A DNA stretch of 64,000 nucleotides from Candidatus Binatia bacterium (lineage in GTDB: Bacteria > Desulfobacterota > Binatia > UBA9968 > JAJDTQ01). The position numbers were made by a program, and so were the translations under genes. Position 1 is the first letter of the stretch, and the number at the start of each line of letters is the position of its first letter. Below the pieces are notes generated by a model. It saw only the letters and a list, made by a program, of their open reading frames with translations, did no database searches and was not told the origin of the DNA. The stretch is taken from contig OY762897.2 of the NCBI GenBank assembly GCA_963666515.2, positions 2,528,001 through 2,592,000 of the forward strand, given 5' to 3'. Shown here one piece after another: positions 28,256-38,536 of this stretch.

Positions 28256-29517
28256 GCGAGGAGCACGGCAAGCGCATTGCGGTGATCGAGAACGAGTACG
28301 GGGAGATCGGCATCGATCAGGCACTCGTCATCGACGCTGACGAGGAGGTCTTCGAGATGTCGAACGGCTGCATCTGCTGCACGGTGCGCGGAGACCTGAT
28401 CCGCGTGCTCGGCAATCTCATGAAGCGCCGCGACAAGTTCGATTACGTGTTGGTGGAGACCACGGGGCTCGCCGATCCCGGCCCAGTGGCTCAGACCTTC
28501 TTCATGGACGACGAGATTCGCGCGGAGTTTTCGCTTGACGGGATCGTCACCCTCGTCGATGCCGCCCACATCGAGCAGCAGCTCGGGCGAAGCGACGAGA
28601 GCACGGAGCAAGTCGCGTTCGCGGACGTCCTCGTTCTGAACAAGACGGACCTCGTCAGCGACGAGGCACTGGACAGGCTCGAAGCTCGGCTCCGGGACAT
28701 GAACCGAATGGCGCGAGTCGTGCGCACCGAGCGGGCCAACGTCCCCGTCGACACCGTACTCAACCTCGGCGCCTTCGACCTGGACCAGGTGCTCGAGCGT
28801 CGTCCCACCTTCCTCGAGCCGGAGTATCCGTTCGAATGGACGGGAGTCTATGCGCTCGATGTCGGCCGCTACGAACTCAGCCTCGCCGATGGACCGGATC
28901 CGGCGATGTCGCTCGTCGTCGTGTCCGGCCAGGCCACGGATGACGCGGCCCTCCGTGAGAGTGCGGAGTGGTGTGTGCGGCGTTACGCCGAACCTGCGGA
29001 GATCGTTCGCCCGGGGGAAAGGATTCCTGTCGGTAAGCATGTGAACCTCCCGCTCGATTCCCCGGGGCGAAAGTCGTTCTTCCTGGAGGTCGATACGCCG
29101 GTGCGGGTTGGCCTCTACACCCAGCACACCGCGGAAGAGTTCGATCTCCAACTGATGAACGCGGAAGGAGCGCCCATCAGGCAAAAGATCGAGCGCACCT
29201 GGGTCGCACAGCACGAACACGACGACGAGGTGGGCTCGATGGCGATCGAGCTGGCCGGCGACGTCGATCCCGAAAAGCTCAACGCCTGGCTTGGCGAACT
29301 GCTCCGTGAGCGCGGAGTGGACATCTTCCGAATGAAGGGCTTCATCAGCCTCGCGGGTGAGTCGCGTCGCTTCGTCTTCCAGGGGGTTCACATGCTCTTT
29401 GACGGACAGCCGGATCAGCCGTGGGGCGACGCGCTCCGGCGTAATCAACTCGTCTTCATCGGCCGCAACCTCGATGAGCAAGGCATGCGGCAGGGGTTCG
29501 AAGCATGTCTGGTTTGA
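28171..29517 (+). CDS. COG0523/CobW-family G3E GTPase metallochaperone with inserted domain
   Basis: GFLGSGKT, ENEYG, GCICC, ETTGLADP, NKTD, C-terminal RMKG..FQGVH..LVFIG. Confidence 0.93.
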   Translation: MDTPQKIPVSILTGFLGSGKTTLLNRILSEEHGKRIAVIENEYGEIGIDQALVIDADEEVFEMSNGCICCTVRGDLIRVLGNLMKRRDKFDYVLVETTGLADPGPVAQTFFMDDEIRAEFSLDGIVTLVDAAHIEQQLGRSDESTEQVAFADVLVLNKTDLVSDEALDRLEARLRDMNRMARVVRTERANVPVDTVLNLGAFDLDQVLERRPTFLEPEYPFEWTGVYALDVGRYELSLADGPDPAMSLVVVSGQATDDAALRESAEWCVRRYAEPAEIVRPGERIPVGKHVNLPLDSPGRKSFFLEVDTPVRVGLYTQHTAEEFDLQLMNAEGAPIRQKIERTWVAQHEHDDEVGSMAIELAGDVDPEKLNAWLGELLRERGVDIFRMKGFISLAGESRRFVFQGVHMLFDGQPDQPWGDALRRNQLVFIGRNLDEQGMRQGFEACLV

Positions 29518-29538
29518 GTGTCGACAGGAGGAGTCCGC

Positions 29539-30672
29539 ATGACCGGCACCGAGAGCAGTGAAATCGTTCATGACGTAGCAGTCGTCGGCGCCGGCGCCGC
29601 AGGCGTGGGTGTCGCGGTGGCTCTCAAGTATGCCGGCATCGAGAACTTCGTCGTTCTCGATCGTCACACGGTCGGCGCATCGTTCGCCTCATGGCCGGCC
29701 GAGACTCGCTTCATCACGCCCTCGTACCCAACCAATTCGATTGGCATGCTCGATTTGAACTCGGTCGTGATCGGCACTTCACCCGCGTTCAGTTTGGGGG
29801 TCGAGCATCCGACGGGTAAAGAGTACGCGATGTATTTGCGTGCGGTCGCACAATTCTTTGAGCTACCTGTACGCCAGGATACCGACGTGAGGCGGGTAGC
29901 AAGGGTTGGCGACGGCTTTCGCATCGACACGGCCGACGAAACCTTGCAAGCCAGGCACGTCATTTGGGCCGTTGGCGAGTTCCAATACCCACGCTTGGAT
30001 GGGCTGGTTGGCAGCCAATTGTGTCGCCACACCGCGACCATCGCCAGCTATGAAGAGCTTGACGGGGACGACTTCATCGTGGTGGGCGGCTACGAAAGTG
30101 GTATCGACGTGGCCTACCATTTGGCGTGTCGCGACAAACGAGTGCGGTTGTTCGACAAGCGTTGCCCGTGGAAGAACGAGAGTTCCGATCCCAGTCTCGC
30201 GCTTTCCCCGTTTACGCTCCAACGGATGCGTGAAGACCGATTCGTTGAGCAAGTGGAACTGTTTCCGCACACACCTGTCGATTCGGTCACTCGCGTGGAC
30301 GCCATGTATGAAGTCACGGCTCGGGACGGGCATCGGTTTCAAACCTGCGTGCCGCCGCTGTTGGCAGGCGGATTCGAGGGGGGTCACAAGTTGGTCGCGG
30401 ATTTGTTTGAACGACGCGACGATGGCTCTCCACTTCTGAGCGAACACGATGAATCGACCCTCGTACCGGGAGTGTTTCTCTGCGGCCCCACGGTTCGCCA
30501 CGACAAACACGTCTTCTGCTTCATCTTCAAATATCGCCAACGATTCGCCGTTGTCGCCAAAGCGATTGCGACCTCGTTGGGATTGCCGGCGGAAGAGATG
30601 GAAGAGTACTACCGCAATTGGGGCATGTATCTCGATGACCTCTCCCGCTGTGGGGAGGAGTGCGTATGTTGA
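29539..30672 (+). CDS. NAD(P)/FAD-dependent oxidoreductase with Cys-rich tail
   Basis: VGAGAAG, VGGYESG, FCFIFKYRQRF, C-terminus DDLSRCGEECVC; SD AGGAGG. Confidence 0.88.
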   Translation: MTGTESSEIVHDVAVVGAGAAGVGVAVALKYAGIENFVVLDRHTVGASFASWPAETRFITPSYPTNSIGMLDLNSVVIGTSPAFSLGVEHPTGKEYAMYLRAVAQFFELPVRQDTDVRRVARVGDGFRIDTADETLQARHVIWAVGEFQYPRLDGLVGSQLCRHTATIASYEELDGDDFIVVGGYESGIDVAYHLACRDKRVRLFDKRCPWKNESSDPSLALSPFTLQRMREDRFVEQVELFPHTPVDSVTRVDAMYEVTARDGHRFQTCVPPLLAGGFEGGHKLVADLFERRDDGSPLLSEHDESTLVPGVFLCGPTVRHDKHVFCFIFKYRQRFAVVAKAIATSLGLPAEEMEEYYRNWGMYLDDLSRCGEECVC

Positions 30673-30893
30673 CGGGAAACGACGAAGGGGCCGTCGCGTC
30701 CGGCGCGGGGCGAAGCCGACTGGCCAGGGTGCGAAGCATCGAATGGCTCGGACAAACGGCTGCCAGCGTTTGCTGGATTGGCAGCATGCTGACTTACGGG
30801 GTCCGATCCGGTGGGGATTGGTTGCAGTTGCTTGCTGCGTCCGCATGGCTGTTGGCCAACATCGTAGCGATTGCGACCGCCGAGGCTGATTGA
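30666..30893 (+). CDS. Small two-TM hypothetical protein
   Basis: Two hydrophobic segments; fills the gap between oxidoreductase and WD40 gene. Confidence 0.7.
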   Translation: MLTGNDEGAVASGAGRSRLARVRSIEWLGQTAASVCWIGSMLTYGVRSGGDWLQLLAASAWLLANIVAIATAEAD

Positions 30894-30894
30894 G

Positions 30895-31947
30895 ATGTCG
30901 GCAGCACTTCAAGATGTCGACACCCCAAGGGGTGTTCTTCGCCGGGGCTGGTCCGCGGCGGTCGGCGACTACGCCATCGCCGGGGGCTGGATCCTCCGCG
31001 GTGAGGCCCTGGTGGTCGGTGACGCCGCGGGTGGCGTCTACGCGTTCGATGGCAAGTCCGGCGAAAGCGCCTGGACGCGGCAGGGGGCTCATGACGGCGG
31101 CGTGCTTGCAATGGCGACCCACCCAAGCGGAACCGCGTTCGCTACGGCCGGCCAGGACGGACGAGTCCTTGTCTGGGGTGTCGCCGAAGGTCAGGTAGAA
31201 CAGGCCATCGACGTCGGCAGCGGTTGGGTGGAAAACGTGGCGTGGTCGCCGGACGGCCAATGGCTGGCGGCCTCCTGCTCCCGGCAAGTTCGCGCGTATG
31301 GTGCGGACGGCGGAGAAGTCTGGCGATCCGATGATCATCCCAGCACCGTCAGCGCCATCGCCTGGTCCAGCGCGGGGGAGCTGGCGACGGCCTGTTACTG
31401 TCGAGTGACGTTCTTCGACGTGTCCACCGGGGAGCTTCGCCAGAAGCTGGAGTGGCAGGGCTCCCTGGTGTCGATGGTACTGAGCCCGGACGGGGATATC
31501 GTGGCCTGCGGCAGCCAGGACAACTCGGTGCACTTCTGGCGTCGCTCCACGGAGCAGGACTCCATGATGTCCGGATATCCTGCCAAACCGTCGGCCCTGG
31601 CCTTCGATGACACGGCCACCCTCCTGGCCACCGGCGGAGGCGACGCGGTGACGGTCTGGAGCTTCCGGGGTAGTGGTCCCGAAGGCACGCGGCCCGGCGT
31701 TCTGAAGCGTCATGCTCAACCTGTCACAACCCTCGCCTTCGCTCCCCGCGGGATGCGCCTGGCCTCGGCAGCACGGGATGGCGCCGTAGTGGTGTGGTCG
31801 CTCAAGAGGAATGGAAAAGGCCGTCGTATCGGGTCCGCGGTTTTGGCGGACATAGGGGCGGGACTGTACTGGCGGCCAGACGGACGCGCGCTTGCCGCGC
31901 TCGACGCCCAGGGTGGCGTGACGGTTTGGCGGACAGGATCAACATAG
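30895..31947 (+). CDS. WD40-repeat beta-propeller protein
   Basis: ATAGQDGRVLVW, VAWSPDG, GSQDNSVHFW, ASAARDGAVVVW repeats. Confidence 0.92.
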   Translation: MSAALQDVDTPRGVLRRGWSAAVGDYAIAGGWILRGEALVVGDAAGGVYAFDGKSGESAWTRQGAHDGGVLAMATHPSGTAFATAGQDGRVLVWGVAEGQVEQAIDVGSGWVENVAWSPDGQWLAASCSRQVRAYGADGGEVWRSDDHPSTVSAIAWSSAGELATACYCRVTFFDVSTGELRQKLEWQGSLVSMVLSPDGDIVACGSQDNSVHFWRRSTEQDSMMSGYPAKPSALAFDDTATLLATGGGDAVTVWSFRGSGPEGTRPGVLKRHAQPVTTLAFAPRGMRLASAARDGAVVVWSLKRNGKGRRIGSAVLADIGAGLYWRPDGRALAALDAQGGVTVWRTGST

Positions 31948-32015
31948 GCCCGAGTTGCCCGCGCACGCACGTACTGTGTCCACGCCGACCCCGCCATCCT
32001 CGCCTACGGCGCTGA

Positions 32016-32750
32016 CTAGAAGGCCGCAGGGCTCTTGGCCACGGCGTCCGGAGGGCGTATGTAGTGTGGGCTCAGCGGCTCGGCCGCGGTCTCGGGAGCG
32101 GCCCGGAACCTCTCTTCGGCAATCCGCGCGACCGCGGAGGCGATGGTGGGAAATTCGTCTCCGGCGGTGACCCGCGCCTGCCCGCGGGTGCATCGGGCGA
32201 TCAGGTCGGCGTATGCCAGGGCGCCGTTTCCCAGGAAGACGCACGGCGCCGAGGCCAACGCGTCCACCTGCCGCACCAGGGGTTCGGGCGCCGCCACGGT
32301 GTCCTCGATCAGGCACTCGAAGGCGCCGGCCGTACGACGGTACAGCGCGCCGTAGACCTCGCCCTTGCGGGCGTCCATCAACGGACAGACGAAACTCGCC
32401 CCGTCATCCGCGGGCACCCGGTAGGCCGCCGCCTCGAGGGTCCGGACCCCCATCACCGGCGTGTCCGAACCGTACACCAAGCCCTTGGCCGTGCTGATGC
32501 CGATCCGCAGCCCGGTGAACGAGCCGGGCCCGACCGCCACCCCCAGCAGCGAAAGATCCGGGAAATCCACCGCGGCGTTCCCAAGGACCTCCTCGATGAG
32601 CGGGATGAGCCCTTCGGCGTGGTTCGAGCGGCCCGGCCGGCGGTCCTTGGCCTGCACCGACTCCCGCGCGCATTCCGCGGCGAGCCGGCCGTCTGTCAAG
32701 ACCGCGGCGCTCAGCAAGGCCGTCGATGTGTCGAGTCCGAGTACCTTCAT
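32016..32750 (-). CDS. tsaB: tRNA threonylcarbamoyladenosine biosynthesis protein
   Basis: LGLDTST, GPGSFTGLRIG, DARKGEVY, P.YIR. Confidence 0.95.
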   Translation of the reverse strand: MKVLGLDTSTALLSAAVLTDGRLAAECARESVQAKDRRPGRSNHAEGLIPLIEEVLGNAAVDFPDLSLLGVAVGPGSFTGLRIGISTAKGLVYGSDTPVMGVRTLEAAAYRVPADDGASFVCPLMDARKGEVYGALYRRTAGAFECLIEDTVAAPEPLVRQVDALASAPCVFLGNGALAYADLIARCTRGQARVTAGDEFPTIASAVARIAEERFRAAPETAAEPLSPHYIRPPDAVAKSPAAF

Positions 32751-32810
32751 GCTCGTGTCCGCGGTCCCGGCGAAGAGGTCCGGGAGCCGTTCGGAGCCGG
32801 CGGGAAAGCG

Positions 32811-33887
32811 TCAGCCGCTGAATATCCGCGCCAGATCATTGTAGAAGGCGTAGACCATCACGAAGAGCAGCACCACCAAGCCCATCTGTTGCGCCCGTTC
32901 CCGCTGCCGCGCTTCCAGGGGTTTCCCGCGCACCGCTTCGATCAGGAAGAACAGCAGGTGGCCGCCGTCCAGCATGGGGATGGGCAGCAGGTTCAGCACG
33001 CCCAGGTTGATGCTCAGCAGCGCCAGCAGGAACAGGTAGTTCGCGAGCCCCCGCTGGGCCTGCTCTCCGGCCAACTGGACGATCATCACCGGGCCGCCGA
33101 GATTCGACGAGTCGACGCGCCCCACCACCATCTTCACCAGCACTTCCAGTGTGAGCAGCGAGAGCTCCACGGTGCGGGAGACCGAGAGCCACGCCGCGGC
33201 CAGCGGATTGCGCCGCTCCACCTCCACGGCCCCGGCGCTCTGAATGCCGATCAGCCAGGTCTCCTCGACCTCACCCAGGAGATTCTGCGTCTGCCCCCGC
33301 GTGGGGCTCAGGGTGACCGACAGCTCCCGCTCGCCCCGGGCCACGCCCAGGTGCATGGGACCGCCCTGGCTCGCCCTCACCTCGGCGGACAACTGGTCCC
33401 AGGAACGGATGGGCCGGTCGCCCACCATGACCACGCGGTCCCCGGCCTGCAGGCCGGCGCCTGCCGCGGGGGAACCGGCCTTGACGCCGCCGATCTCCGC
33501 GGTGCGGTAGGGCACGCCGAAGACCATGAAGACGAAGAGGAACACCGCCATGGCCAGCAGGAAGTTGGCGCCCGGTCCCGCGGCCACGATGGCGGTCCGG
33601 CTGGCCAGGCTCCGGTGCGCGAAGGACCGTTCCAGGTCCGTGGAGCCCACGTCGTCCCGGGGGTCTTCCCCCATCATCCTGACGTAGCCTCCCAGGGGGA
33701 AGGCGCTCACGCAGTATTCCGTCTCGCCGTACCGGCGGACCAGCACCTTGGGGCCGAAGCCGATGGAGAAGGTCAGCACGCCCACGCCGGCCTTCTTGGC
33801 CACGAGAAAGTGGCCCAGCTCGTGCAGGAACACCAGCACGCCGAACGCGACCACCGCGGCCGCGACCATGTAGACGACGTCGATCAC
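32811..33887 (-). CDS. rseP: RIP metalloprotease
   Basis: HELGH, FSIGFGP, PDZ domain, NLLPIPMLDGG. Confidence 0.96.
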   Translation of the reverse strand: MIDVVYMVAAAVVAFGVLVFLHELGHFLVAKKAGVGVLTFSIGFGPKVLVRRYGETEYCVSAFPLGGYVRMMGEDPRDDVGSTDLERSFAHRSLASRTAIVAAGPGANFLLAMAVFLFVFMVFGVPYRTAEIGGVKAGSPAAGAGLQAGDRVVMVGDRPIRSWDQLSAEVRASQGGPMHLGVARGERELSVTLSPTRGQTQNLLGEVEETWLIGIQSAGAVEVERRNPLAAAWLSVSRTVELSLLTLEVLVKMVVGRVDSSNLGGPVMIVQLAGEQAQRGLANYLFLLALLSINLGVLNLLPIPMLDGGHLLFFLIEAVRGKPLEARQRERAQQMGLVVLLFVMVYAFYNDLARIFSG

Positions 33888-35050
33888 CGCGCCGGACCGT
33901 TCTCCCGGGCGAGCCCTCGGGCGAACCCTCGTGCCCATTCATCGGCCTTCAGGACCTGTTGCAGGTTTCTGGGCTTGACGGACTTGTGGGACTCGACCGT
34001 CTTCCGGCTGATCTCGTGGATCTGGCGAAAACCGATACGCCCGTCCAGGAAGGCGGCCACCGCCACCTCGTTGGCGGCGTTGAGAACGGGCGGGACCGTA
34101 CCGCCCCGGGCCAGGGCCTGGTAGGCCATGTCCAGGGCCGGATAACGCCGGTTCTCCACCTTCATGAACGTGAGATCCCCTTCCTTCTGCAGGTTCAGCG
34201 GCGCCAGCCCGACATCCAGCCGTTCGGGGTAGGACAGCGCGTAGGCGATGGGAATGCGCATGTCGGGGATGCCGAGCTGGGCCATGACCGCGCCGTCACG
34301 GTAGCGCACCATGGAGTGGACGATGCTCTGGGGATGGATGGTCACCTCCACCCGCTCCGCGGGCACGCCGAACAGCCAGCGGGCCTCGATCACCTCCAGC
34401 CCCTTGTTCATCATGGTGGCCGAATCGATGGTGATCTTGGGCCCCATCTTCCAGGTGGGGTGCTGCAGCGCCTGCTGGACGGTGACACGGCGCATCTCCC
34501 GGAGCGGCGTGCGCAGGAACGGTCCTCCGGACGCGGTCAGGATGATCTTGTCCACGTCCTCGCGACGGTTGCCTTCGAGACACTGGAACACCGCGCTGTG
34601 CTCGCTGTCCACCGGCAGGAGCCGCACGCTCCGCTTCCGCGCCTCGCGAACGAACAGCTCGCCGGACATGACCAGGGCTTCCTTGTTGGCGAGCCCCACG
34701 TCCTTGCCCGCCTGCACCGCGGCGAAGGTCGGCACCAGTCCCGCGCCGCCCACGATGGCCGCCAGCACGAAGTCCGCGGAGGGCTCGGTCGCCGCGGCCA
34801 CCGCCCCTTCCTCGCCGTAGACCAGCTCGACCCTGCGCCGCCCGATGAGCTTGCGCAGGGCGGCGACGTCGTCCCGGTCGCTGACGCTGACGATGCGCGG
34901 GGCGAACTCGGCCACCTGGCGGGCCAGCAACTCCAGGTTGCGCCCGGCCACCAGGCCGGCGACCTTGAACCGGCGCTTGAAGGTGCGGATGACGTCGAGG
35001 GCGTTGACGCCGATGGTTCCGGTGGATCCCAGAATGACGATGGATTTCAT
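33884..35050 (-). CDS. dxr: 1-deoxy-D-xylulose-5-phosphate reductoisomerase
   Basis: LGSTGTIG, LANKE, PVDSEH, TASGGPF, NKGLEVIEA. Confidence 0.97.
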   Translation of the reverse strand: MKSIVILGSTGTIGVNALDVIRTFKRRFKVAGLVAGRNLELLARQVAEFAPRIVSVSDRDDVAALRKLIGRRRVELVYGEEGAVAAATEPSADFVLAAIVGGAGLVPTFAAVQAGKDVGLANKEALVMSGELFVREARKRSVRLLPVDSEHSAVFQCLEGNRREDVDKIILTASGGPFLRTPLREMRRVTVQQALQHPTWKMGPKITIDSATMMNKGLEVIEARWLFGVPAERVEVTIHPQSIVHSMVRYRDGAVMAQLGIPDMRIPIAYALSYPERLDVGLAPLNLQKEGDLTFMKVENRRYPALDMAYQALARGGTVPPVLNAANEVAVAAFLDGRIGFRQIHEISRKTVESHKSVKPRNLQQVLKADEWARGFARGLARENGPAR

Positions 35051-35823
35051 GACGACACGAACCGCAGGCAGTAGACGCTCAGGACTCCGGGAAAGATGAG
35101 GCTGTCGAGCCGATCCATCAGGCCGCCGTGGCCGGGAAGGAGCCCGCCCGAATCCTTGACCGCGAAGCCCCGCTTGATCACCGATTCGAACAGGTCGCCG
35201 ACCTGGGCGACGAGGGCGACCGCCAGGGAAAACGGCAGCGCCTGGACGGGCGGCAACGCCAGCAGCCACCAAGCCGCCAGCCATCCGGCGGCGACTCCCG
35301 CCACGGTGGCGGCCACCGACCCTTCAACGGTCTTCCCGGGGCTGAGGGAAGGATACAACTTTCTTCGGCCCAGGGCCACACCGGCAAAGTAGCCGGCGCT
35401 GTCGGCCGTGAAGACGACGATCAGCAGCCACAGCACCCACTCGTACCCGTCACGGTAAAGGACCGCGAAATGGGGGAACAGATAACCCAGGTACAAGGCC
35501 CCGGCCAGAGCCAGGCCCAGGCCGCGGCAACGCTCCTCCACCGGTCCGCCGGTAAAGATGAACACCGTGCAAAGGCCCGCCACGACCACCGGCAGGAGCC
35601 CCGAAAACTCCGGGACCACCAGGGTCAGGGACAGCAGCATGCCGGCGGCGATACCGGCGAGCCGCACCCCTCCCTGGTCCGGAAAGGCCATGCGGAAGTA
35701 CTCATGGAGGGCGACGACGGTGAGAACCTCGATGAACGACGCGAACAGCCAGACGCTGTCCAGGACGATGATCCCGACGACGACGGGGATCCCGGCCAGC
35801 GCGGTCAGTACCCGGGTGCGCAT
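35047..35823 (-). CDS. cdsA: Phosphatidate cytidylyltransferase
   Basis: SPGKTVEG, GDLFES.IKR..KDSG..PGHGG.MDRLDS. Confidence 0.96.
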   Translation of the reverse strand: MRTRVLTALAGIPVVVGIIVLDSVWLFASFIEVLTVVALHEYFRMAFPDQGGVRLAGIAAGMLLSLTLVVPEFSGLLPVVVAGLCTVFIFTGGPVEERCRGLGLALAGALYLGYLFPHFAVLYRDGYEWVLWLLIVVFTADSAGYFAGVALGRRKLYPSLSPGKTVEGSVAATVAGVAAGWLAAWWLLALPPVQALPFSLAVALVAQVGDLFESVIKRGFAVKDSGGLLPGHGGLMDRLDSLIFPGVLSVYCLRFVSS

Positions 35824-35858
35824 CTGCGTAAACCCATGTCAGAGAGAGGACACCGGCC

Positions 35859-36602
35859 TCAACTCTCCAGGAGCTGCTCGTCCGTCTTGCCGAACCGGCG
35901 CTTCCGCCGCTGAAATTCCAGCAGCGCCTTGATGTACTGTTGCTCGGAGAAGTCGGGCCAGAGCGTGGGCGTGATGTACAGCTCGGTGTAGGGTATCTGC
36001 CAGAGGAAGAAGTTGCTGATGCGCATCTCCCCGCTGGTGCGGATCAGCAGGTCCGGGTCCGGGATGGGTCCGGTCTCGGTGTTGGCGGCGATCATGGACT
36101 CGTCGATCTCCTCTGGGCTGCACTGCCCGGCCTTCACCTTCCGGGCGATGTCCCGCACCGTCTTGACGATGTCGCTGCGGCCGCTGTAGCTGAGGGCCAG
36201 GATGACCGTGATGGCGGTGTTGTTGCGGGTGAGACGGATGTTGCGGTCGAGGACCCGGCGCACGGAGACGGGCAGGCGCTTGCGGTCGCCGATGGCCACG
36301 AGGCGGACCCCTTCGCGCATCATGCGCTCCCGCTCGCCCTGCAGGTAGTCCTCCAGGAGTCCCATCAAACCCTCGACCTCGTCGTGGGGCCGGTTCCAGT
36401 TCTCGGATGAGAATGCGTAAAGCGAGAGGTAGCGAATGCCGAGGTTGCGGCTCAACTCCACCGCGGTCCTGACCGCCGCCGTCCCTTCGCGGTGACCTTC
36501 GAGACGGCTCTTGCCGCGAAGCCTGGCCCAGCGGCCATTGCCGTCCATGATGATCGCGACATGGGTGGGCAACCGACTCTTTTCCAGCCCGTGGAGATCC
36601 AC
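35859..36602 (-). CDS. uppS: Undecaprenyl diphosphate synthase
   Basis: HVAIIMDGNGRWA, YAFSSENW, IRTSGEMRISNF; GTG start at the frr stop. Confidence 0.96.
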   Translation of the reverse strand: MDLHGLEKSRLPTHVAIIMDGNGRWARLRGKSRLEGHREGTAAVRTAVELSRNLGIRYLSLYAFSSENWNRPHDEVEGLMGLLEDYLQGERERMMREGVRLVAIGDRKRLPVSVRRVLDRNIRLTRNNTAITVILALSYSGRSDIVKTVRDIARKVKAGQCSPEEIDESMIAANTETGPIPDPDLLIRTSGEMRISNFFLWQIPYTELYITPTLWPDFSEQQYIKALLEFQRRKRRFGKTDEQLLES

Positions 36603-37159
36603 TAGACTTCCATGATCTCCTCTTCCTTGGCCTTGAGGAACCCGTCCACCTTGCTGACGAACTCGGCGGTGATCTTCTGGATGCGGTCCTGCCCCTGCTT
36701 GACCTCGTCCTCGGTGATCTCCTTGCCCTTCTGCCTTTCCTTCAACCCGTCGATGGCGGAGCGCCTGTGGTTTCGCACCGAGACGCGAAAATCCTCGGCG
36801 GTCTTGCGTACCTGCTTCACCAACTCCTTGCGGCGCTCGCCGCTCAGCTCCGGTATCGGCACCCGGATCAACTGGCCGTCGTTGGCCGGGGTGAGGCCGA
36901 GGTCGGCCTTCAGGATGCCCTTCTCGATGCCGGCGATGGCGTTGCGGTCGTAGGCCTGGATCGTCACCAGCCGGGGCTCGGGCACCGCGATGGTGGCGAT
37001 CTGGTTCAGCGGGGTCTGGGTGCCATAGTACTCGACCGTGACGCCCTCGAAGAGGGAAGCCGAAGCCCGTCCTGTGCGCACGCGTCCCAGCTCCCGGCGC
37101 ATGGCCGCCAGGGTCTTCTCCAGTTCTCCCTGAAACTCGGTGTAGAAGGCGTCGTCCAT
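36602..37159 (-). CDS. frr: Ribosome recycling factor
   Basis: RTGRAS, VEYYG..TPLNQ, IPELSGERRK. Confidence 0.97.
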   Translation of the reverse strand: MDDAFYTEFQGELEKTLAAMRRELGRVRTGRASASLFEGVTVEYYGTQTPLNQIATIAVPEPRLVTIQAYDRNAIAGIEKGILKADLGLTPANDGQLIRVPIPELSGERRKELVKQVRKTAEDFRVSVRNHRRSAIDGLKERQKGKEITEDEVKQGQDRIQKITAEFVSKVDGFLKAKEEEIMEV

Positions 37160-37166
37160 CTTTCAC

Positions 37167-37910
37167 CTATGAGCTTGCGTCGCGATCGCCGACGCCTACC
37201 AGCGTGCCGATGGGCTGACCGCTCACCACCTTGCGTATGTTGCCTCTCTCCATGACGTTGAAGACGATGATGGGGAGGCTGTTGTCCATGCAAAGCGAAA
37301 TGGCGGTGGAGTCCATCACCTTGAGCTCCTTGCTCAGCACCTCCATGTGGGTCAGCTCCCGGAAGAGCTTGGCCTCGTGGTTCTTCAGCGGGTCGGTGTC
37401 GTACACGCCGCGGACCTTGGTGGCCTTCAGGATGACTTCGGCGCCCACCTCCATGGCCCGCAGGCTCGCGGTGGTGTCCGTGGTGAAATAGGGATTGCCG
37501 GTTCCGCCGGCGAAGATGACGACCCGGCCCTTCTCCAGGTGCCGGACCGCCCGCCGGCGGATGTACAGCTCCGCCACCTGACGCATCTCGATGGCCGACA
37601 TGACCCGGGTCGAGACGCCGATCTTTTCCAACGCGTCCTGGAGGGCGATGCTGTTGATGACCGTGGCCAGCATGCCCATGTAGTCGGCGCTGGCCCGGTC
37701 GATGCCGTGGTCGCTGGCCTCGGCCCCGCGCAGGATGTTGCCGCCCCCGATCACCAGCGCGACCTCGCAGCCGAGATCGTGGACCTCGCGGATCTCTTCG
37801 ACGAACCGCGTGACCGTGGCCGGATCGATGCCGTACTGGCGCTCCCCTGCGAGGACCTCCCCGGTGATCTTCAGAATGACTCGCTTGTATCTCAGATCCA
37901 CGGCGGTCAT
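37167..37910 (-). CDS. pyrH: UMP kinase
   Basis: [26 protein letters not shown]. Confidence 0.97.
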   Translation of the reverse strand: MTAVDLRYKRVILKITGEVLAGERQYGIDPATVTRFVEEIREVHDLGCEVALVIGGGNILRGAEASDHGIDRASADYMGMLATVINSIALQDALEKIGVSTRVMSAIEMRQVAELYIRRRAVRHLEKGRVVIFAGGTGNPYFTTDTTASLRAMEVGAEVILKATKVRGVYDTDPLKNHEAKLFRELTHMEVLSKELKVMDSTAISLCMDNSLPIIVFNVMERGNIRKVVSGQPIGTLVGVGDRDASS

Positions 37911-37924
37911 TCGGTGGGGGCTCC

Positions 37925-38530
37925 CTACTCCTTCATGCCCTCGCCCACGGAATAGCGAACGAAACGCCTGACCCGGATGTTCTCGCCCAGACGGGCGATG
38001 GCGTCCTGTATGATGTCCTGGACCCGGCGGGTGGGCTCCTTGATGAAGGCCTGCTCCATGAGGCAGGTCTCCTGGAAGAAACGCTCCATCTTGCCGTCGA
38101 CGATCTTCGCCAGCACGGGCTCGGGCTTGTTCAGTTCCTCGGCCTGTTGCCGGTAGATGCCCTTCTCCCGTTCCAACTCCTCGTCCACGACTTCCTCGCG
38201 ACGGACGTAGCGCGGGCTGGAGGCCGCGATCTGCATGGAAAGATCCTTGACCAGGGCCTGGAACTCCTCGGTCCGGGCCACGAAGTCCGTCTCGCAGTTC
38301 ACCTCCAGAAGCACCCCGATCTTGTTGCCGGCGTGGATGTAGGCGCCGACCAACCCTTCGCTGGCCTCACGCTCCGCCTTGCGGGCCGCCAGCGCCAGTC
38401 CCTTCGCTCTCAGGTGATCCACGGACTTTTCGAAGTCGCCCTCGCACTCCATGAGGGCCTTCTTGCAGTCCATGAACCCCGCGCCCGTCTTGTCTCTCAA
38501 CTGCTTGACTACACTCGCATCGATGGCCAT
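37925..38530 (-). CDS. tsf: Elongation factor Ts (short form)
   Basis: [21 protein letters not shown]. Confidence 0.97.
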   Translation of the reverse strand: MAIDASVVKQLRDKTGAGFMDCKKALMECEGDFEKSVDHLRAKGLALAARKAEREASEGLVGAYIHAGNKIGVLLEVNCETDFVARTEEFQALVKDLSMQIAASSPRYVRREEVVDEELEREKGIYRQQAEELNKPEPVLAKIVDGKMERFFQETCLMEQAFIKEPTRRVQDIIQDAIARLGENIRVRRFVRYSVGEGMKE

Positions 38531-38536
38531 GCTCGC

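Noticed and set aside
15306-37166. Apparent long N-terminal extensions or fusions on truA, ilvN, dxr and uppS in the ORF track
   Set aside because: Artefacts of upstream open frames overlapping neighbouring genes; family-typical starts lie downstream
37925-38530. EF-Ts of only 201 aa as a truncation
   Set aside because: The short form is a known natural variant
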